Positions 42,178 through 45,038 of a stretch of DNA of 45,038 bases are shown here, one piece after another. Origin of the DNA: Candidatus Peribacteria bacterium (GTDB lineage: Bacteria; Patescibacteriota; Gracilibacteria; Peribacterales; Peribacteraceae); the NCBI GenBank assembly GCA_009691305.1, contig SICS01000002.1, forward strand, positions 1 to 45,038. The letters run 5' to 3'. Every line of letters starts with the position of its first letter. The first letter of the stretch is position 1. The notes under the pieces were generated by a model. The model did no database searches and was not told the DNA's origin. It saw nothing but the letters and a program-made list of their open reading frames with translations. The position numbers and the translations under genes were made by a program.

Positions 42178-42345
42178 CGGGAATCGATAAAAGGGCGGTC
42201 GTTGAGAGTTTTACGAGCCTCTGTCTCTACCATTTTGTACATATACATAGACGCAGGTCTTCGACCTGCGGATCGCGCGTCGAAGACGCGCGCTATGTGT
42301 CCAAGATGGTAGAGATATGTTCGCGAAAAAGGATACTTCCGTTCT
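42178..42345 (+). other. ~150-nt insertion / expansion segment in 23S domain III
   Basis: Between CCTGTAC and GTGACGGGATGGGAAG, E. coli and Bacillus have about 25-30 nt and this gene has about 175 nt. It contains stem 42224-42233/42306-42315 enclosing two hairpins (GCAGGTC-TTCG-GACCTGC and GCGCGTC-GAA-GACGCGC). Confidence 0.6.
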
Positions 42346-42801
42346 AGGAGCGGTGTGACGGGATGGGAAGATCGCAGCGTGCGCATTGACTGCACGTGTA
42401 ACACGTAAGACGTTGAGAGTGGTAGGGAAATCCGCCACTTGAGTCGAGCGTGGAATCCAAATGGCTCCCGCGAGGGGGTCGAGTGCGTACCTTTCCGTCT
42501 CCAAGAAAACCATCGCTCACAGAGTTCCGGGAAACCGTACCGCAAACCAACACCGGTGGGGTGGTCGAGTAGACCAAGGCGAACGGGAAAACTCGCGTTA
42601 AGGAACTCGGCAATGAAGCGTCCGTAACTTCGGGATAAGGACTACCAGTCTGTAGTGGATTGGTTGCAACAAAAGAGGTCAGGCGACTGTTTATCAAAAT
42701 CACAGGTCCCTGCTAAGCTGCAAAGCAATGTATAGGGGCTGATGCCTGCCCAGTGTCAGAAGGTCACGTAAGGGGGTTTACGCCTCCGAACTAAGCCCTG
42801 A

Positions 42802-42855
<54 letters not shown>

Positions 42856-43044
42856 GGTCGAATAACCCCGTACCAGTCGCGCTTCGGCGCTCCGGTACAG
42901 GGCATGCTTGCCCGAATGATCAGCAATGATCAGCACTGAGGAATTTTTTCTAGATTTTGATAGTAAGTCTCGCGGTCGAGACCCGCGATGCCCCAAGCGA
43001 AAGCAAAGGGCGATCTCATAATTATTTTTTTGTTGGCGCCGAGC

Positions 43045-43062
43045 GCAGGCATACTTGCCTGC
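43045..43062. repeat. GCAGGCA-TACT-TGCCTGC hairpin inside the intron
   Basis: Exact reverse complement of 5044-5061. Confidence 0.6.
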
Positions 43063-43494
43063 AAAGAGTTAAGGAATCTCTCTAAAAATTCTGATTACAG
43101 ACCGTATTGTGGATACCATTCACCCCACGTCGCTCGCTTCGGCGAGCTATGCGGGGCAAACAGTGTAAAACGTCGCCATATGCTGGAACATCCGAGTATC
43201 CCCTATGCCGTAAGGTACGGGGTGCGGACAATCAGCAGGAAAGAATTTCTTATTTTTCTTCCATTCATTATGACACGTACCAAAGAATCTCCGGCTCTCG
43301 ACGACAAGCAATTGCCGAAGGGAGTAGATGGATACAATCTCGCCTTGATTGAAGCGGCACCTGCTGCCATTTGGCAGTTAGGTTTTGCAGAGATATGCGG
43401 GAATTACCGTCAGGAAATTCAGGAGTGCGGTGCATTCAGTGAATCGGATAATAAGAACTGATCCTCAGAGACTTTACGCGATGCCCGCGACTTG

Positions 43495-43540
43495 TTCCTC
43501 GTTACGCTCGTGACTCTGTCACGAGCTACTCGGAATGACA
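43495..43540 (-). repeat. REP-like element copy 6, in the P8 loop of the intron
   Basis: Minus strand reads TGTCATTCCGAGTAGC-TCGTGAC-AGA-GTCACGA-GCGTAACGAGGAA. Flanked directly by the P8 stem CCGCGAC/GTCGCGG. Confidence 0.75.
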
Positions 43541-43621
43541 GTCGCGGAGATGATAAAGTCCGATCCCTGTGGCGACACAGGGCGCGCGAAATTGAAGCGC
43601 GGCTAAAAAACAATCGTTATG

Positions 43622-43667
43622 TCCCTCGATACGAAAATCGCTCGGCGATTTTCTACTCGGGATGACA
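43622..43667 (-). repeat. REP-like element copy 7, in the 3' peripheral region of the intron
   Basis: Minus strand reads TGTCATCCCGAGTAG-AAAATCGC-CGA-GCGATTTT-CGTATCGAGGGA. Confidence 0.7.
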
Positions 43668-43725
43668 TAGGTGTAAGTGCGCTCCTGCAAGGGAGATCTC
43701 GGTTCACCACCGAGAGGAACGCGCT

Positions 43726-43790
43726 GAATTGAAAATTGATAATTGAAAATGGGAAATTATTTTCCATTTACCATTTTTCATTTTTCATTC
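43726..43790. repeat. AT-rich inverted heptamer-array hairpin near the intron 3' end
   Basis: AATTGAA-AATTGAT-AATTGAA-AATGGGA-AATTATT facing, on the minus strand, AATGAAA-AATGAAA-AATGGTA-AATGGAA. Confidence 0.7.
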
Positions 43791-44361
43791 GCATGTTTAT
43801 GAAGTTCCGACCCGCACGAATGGTATAACGGTCTGATCACTGTCTCGACGCGAGGTCCGGTGAAATTTCAATCCTGGTGCAAATGCCAGGTAGACCACGG
43901 TAGGACGAAAAGACCCTATGAAGCTTTACTGTACGCTGACATTGTTTCGTTGATTTGCGTGCGCAGAATAGGTGGGAGGCTTTGAGGCTCTAGCTTCGGT
44001 TAGGGCGGAGCCAACTTTGAGATACCACCCTCGCGTTTCGCCGAAACTCACCCTGTCTCTGAAACAGAGCGGGGGACAGTGTTTGCCGGGCAGTTTAACT
44101 GGGGCGGTTGCCTCCTAAAGTGTAACGGAGGCGCGCAAAGGTCCACTAGCGCCGGATGGAAATCGGCGTTGTCGTGTAATCGCACAAGTGGGCCTGACTG
44201 TGAGACTTACAGGTCGAGCAGGGACGAAAGTCGGTGATAGTGATCCGGCAGCCGGACAACTTATACTTGTCCTTACCACGTGGGTGGGCTGTCGCTCAAC
44301 GGATAAAAGTTACTCTAGGGATAACAGGCTGATCGGTTCCAAGCGCCCACAGCGACGAACC

Positions 44362-44478
<117 letters not shown>

Positions 44479-44518
44479 TGGCCTCTATCCTCCGTGGTCA
44501 CTTAGAAACGTGAAGAAA

Positions 44519-44551
<33 letters not shown>

Positions 44552-44609
44552 AACCTCTGGTGTACCTGTTGTCGCGTCAGCGGCATTGCAGGGTAGCTAT
44601 GTTTGGACG

Positions 44610-44642
<33 letters not shown>

Positions 44643-44785
44643 CCTTCTGAGATTGCGTTTCTCCATCAGCCCGCCGGAAGACGACCGGCTAGATCGGCCA
44701 CAGATGTACGTGCGGCAACGCATTCAGTCGAGTGGTACGAACGGGCAATTGAACATTTTTCAACCTTAGCCTTTAACAGCTAGGG

Positions 44786-44814
44786 ATACTGTTCGTGTGC
44801 TACAACTTGGGCAC
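44786..44814 (+). other. 3' strand of the 23S processing stem
   Basis: Pairs with 40696-40724 (see that feature). Confidence 0.7.
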
Positions 44815-44830
44815 GCCAGGTTCTATACTA

Positions 44831-44878
44831 TGTCACCCCGAGTAGCTCGTGACGGAGTCACGAGCGTAACGAGGGGCA
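44831..44878 (+). repeat. REP-like element copy 8, in the 23S-5S spacer
   Basis: TGTCACCCCGAGTAGC-TCGTGAC-GGA-GTCACGA-GCGTAACGAGGGGCA. The stem is nearly identical to that of copy 6 but in the opposite orientation. Confidence 0.75.
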
Positions 44879-44908
44879 ATAATTGATTCTTCAAATCATG
44901 AGTGCAGT

Positions 44909-45027
44909 GTTCTGGTGCTTTTTGCGGCGGGGTCACACCTGATCCCATTCCGAACTCAGCAGTTAAGCCCGCCAGCGCCGATGGTAGCTTCCCAGAACGG
45001 GGCGCAAGAGTAGGTCAGCGCCAGAAC
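44909..45027 (+). rRNA. rrf: 5S rRNA
   Basis: Helix I GTTCTGGTGC / GCGCCAGAAC. Conserved CCTGATCCCATTCCGAACTCAG, GCGCCGATGGTAG and AGAGTAGG blocks. Flanked by a short processing stem ATGAGTGCA / TGCACTCAT. Confidence 0.93.
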
Positions 45028-45038
45028 TTTGCACTCAT

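Larger units (their letters stand above)
42856..43801 (+). mobile_element. group I intron in 23S rRNA at the E. coli L1951-equivalent site (no recognisable homing endonuclease)
   Basis: Interrupts CCTTGTCGGGT|AAGTTCCGACC. The 5' exon ends in U and the insert ends in G. CTTGCCCGA (42907-42915) can pair with the 5' exon UCGGGU (G-U at the splice site) and the 3' exon AAG. R-like CAGAGACTTTA (43466-43476) and S-like GATAAAGTCC (43552-43561) can form P7. P8 is 43485-43491/43541-43547. Several UUCG/GNRA-capped hairpins are present. Confidence 0.65.

Noticed and set aside
42897-42915. GGCATGCTTGCCC as another member of the GCAGGCA-type hairpin family.
   Set aside because: It only loosely resembles the family. 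It is better explained as the internal guide region of the group I intron (CTTGCCCGA pairing with both exons).
42988-43461. 157-aa ORF inside the 23S intron, as a possible homing endonuclease.
   Set aside because: I could find no LAGLIDADG, GIY-YIG, HNH or His-Cys box motif. The ORF runs through UUCG- and GNRA-capped hairpins and into the intron core (up to the R element), so it looks like a chance open frame in structured RNA. A remote-homology search would be needed to exclude a degenerate endonuclease.

Overview
GC-rich bacterial chromosomal window using the standard genetic code (TGA, TAA and TAG all terminate recognisable genes). Most genes are housekeeping. Envelope and division: GT4 glycosyltransferase, FtsQ-like protein, DD-carboxypeptidase, LysM-M23 peptidase, an MBOAT plus AlgJ/AlgX-like acyltransferase pair, a FemAB-type transferase, a TPR/GT-C membrane protein and a ~1428-aa SLH-anchored S-layer-type protein. 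Information processing: sigma-70, gatC-gatA, rnpA-yidC, cysS, csrA, rpoB, ssb, tRNA-Asp. Metabolism: fbaB, SOD, and an arginine-to-putrescine/homospermidine polyamine cluster. The window ends in a 23S-5S rRNA unit with no 16S directly upstream. The oversized 23S, unlinked rRNA genes and lean gene set suggest an uncultivated small-genome lineage such as Patescibacteria/CPR, but that is inference only. The unusual content is non-coding. (1) Two AT-richer cassettes each carry a four-helix-bundle gene (23S-IVS protein / Avd-like). They are bounded by inverted tandem-heptamer arrays and share a 22-bp palindrome plus leader. Gene-less relatives sit upstream of ssb, between aguB and aguA, in frame inside the FemAB-type gene, and inside the rRNA intron. 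(2) A REP/REPIN-like hairpin family has at least 8 copies, some as inverted doublets, with covarying stems. (3) A ~946-nt group I intron lies at the 23S site equivalent to E. coli L1951. It has no recognisable homing endonuclease but is colonised by the repeat families. There is also a ~150-nt domain III insertion. (4) gatC and gatA are in the same frame, separated only by one TAA and a Pro-Glu/Gln linker-like hexamer repeat. (5) rpoB lacks an adjacent rpoC and has a Lys-rich N-terminal and an acidic C-terminal tail. No CRISPR array, integrase, transposase, reverse transcriptase or recognisable defence system was seen.
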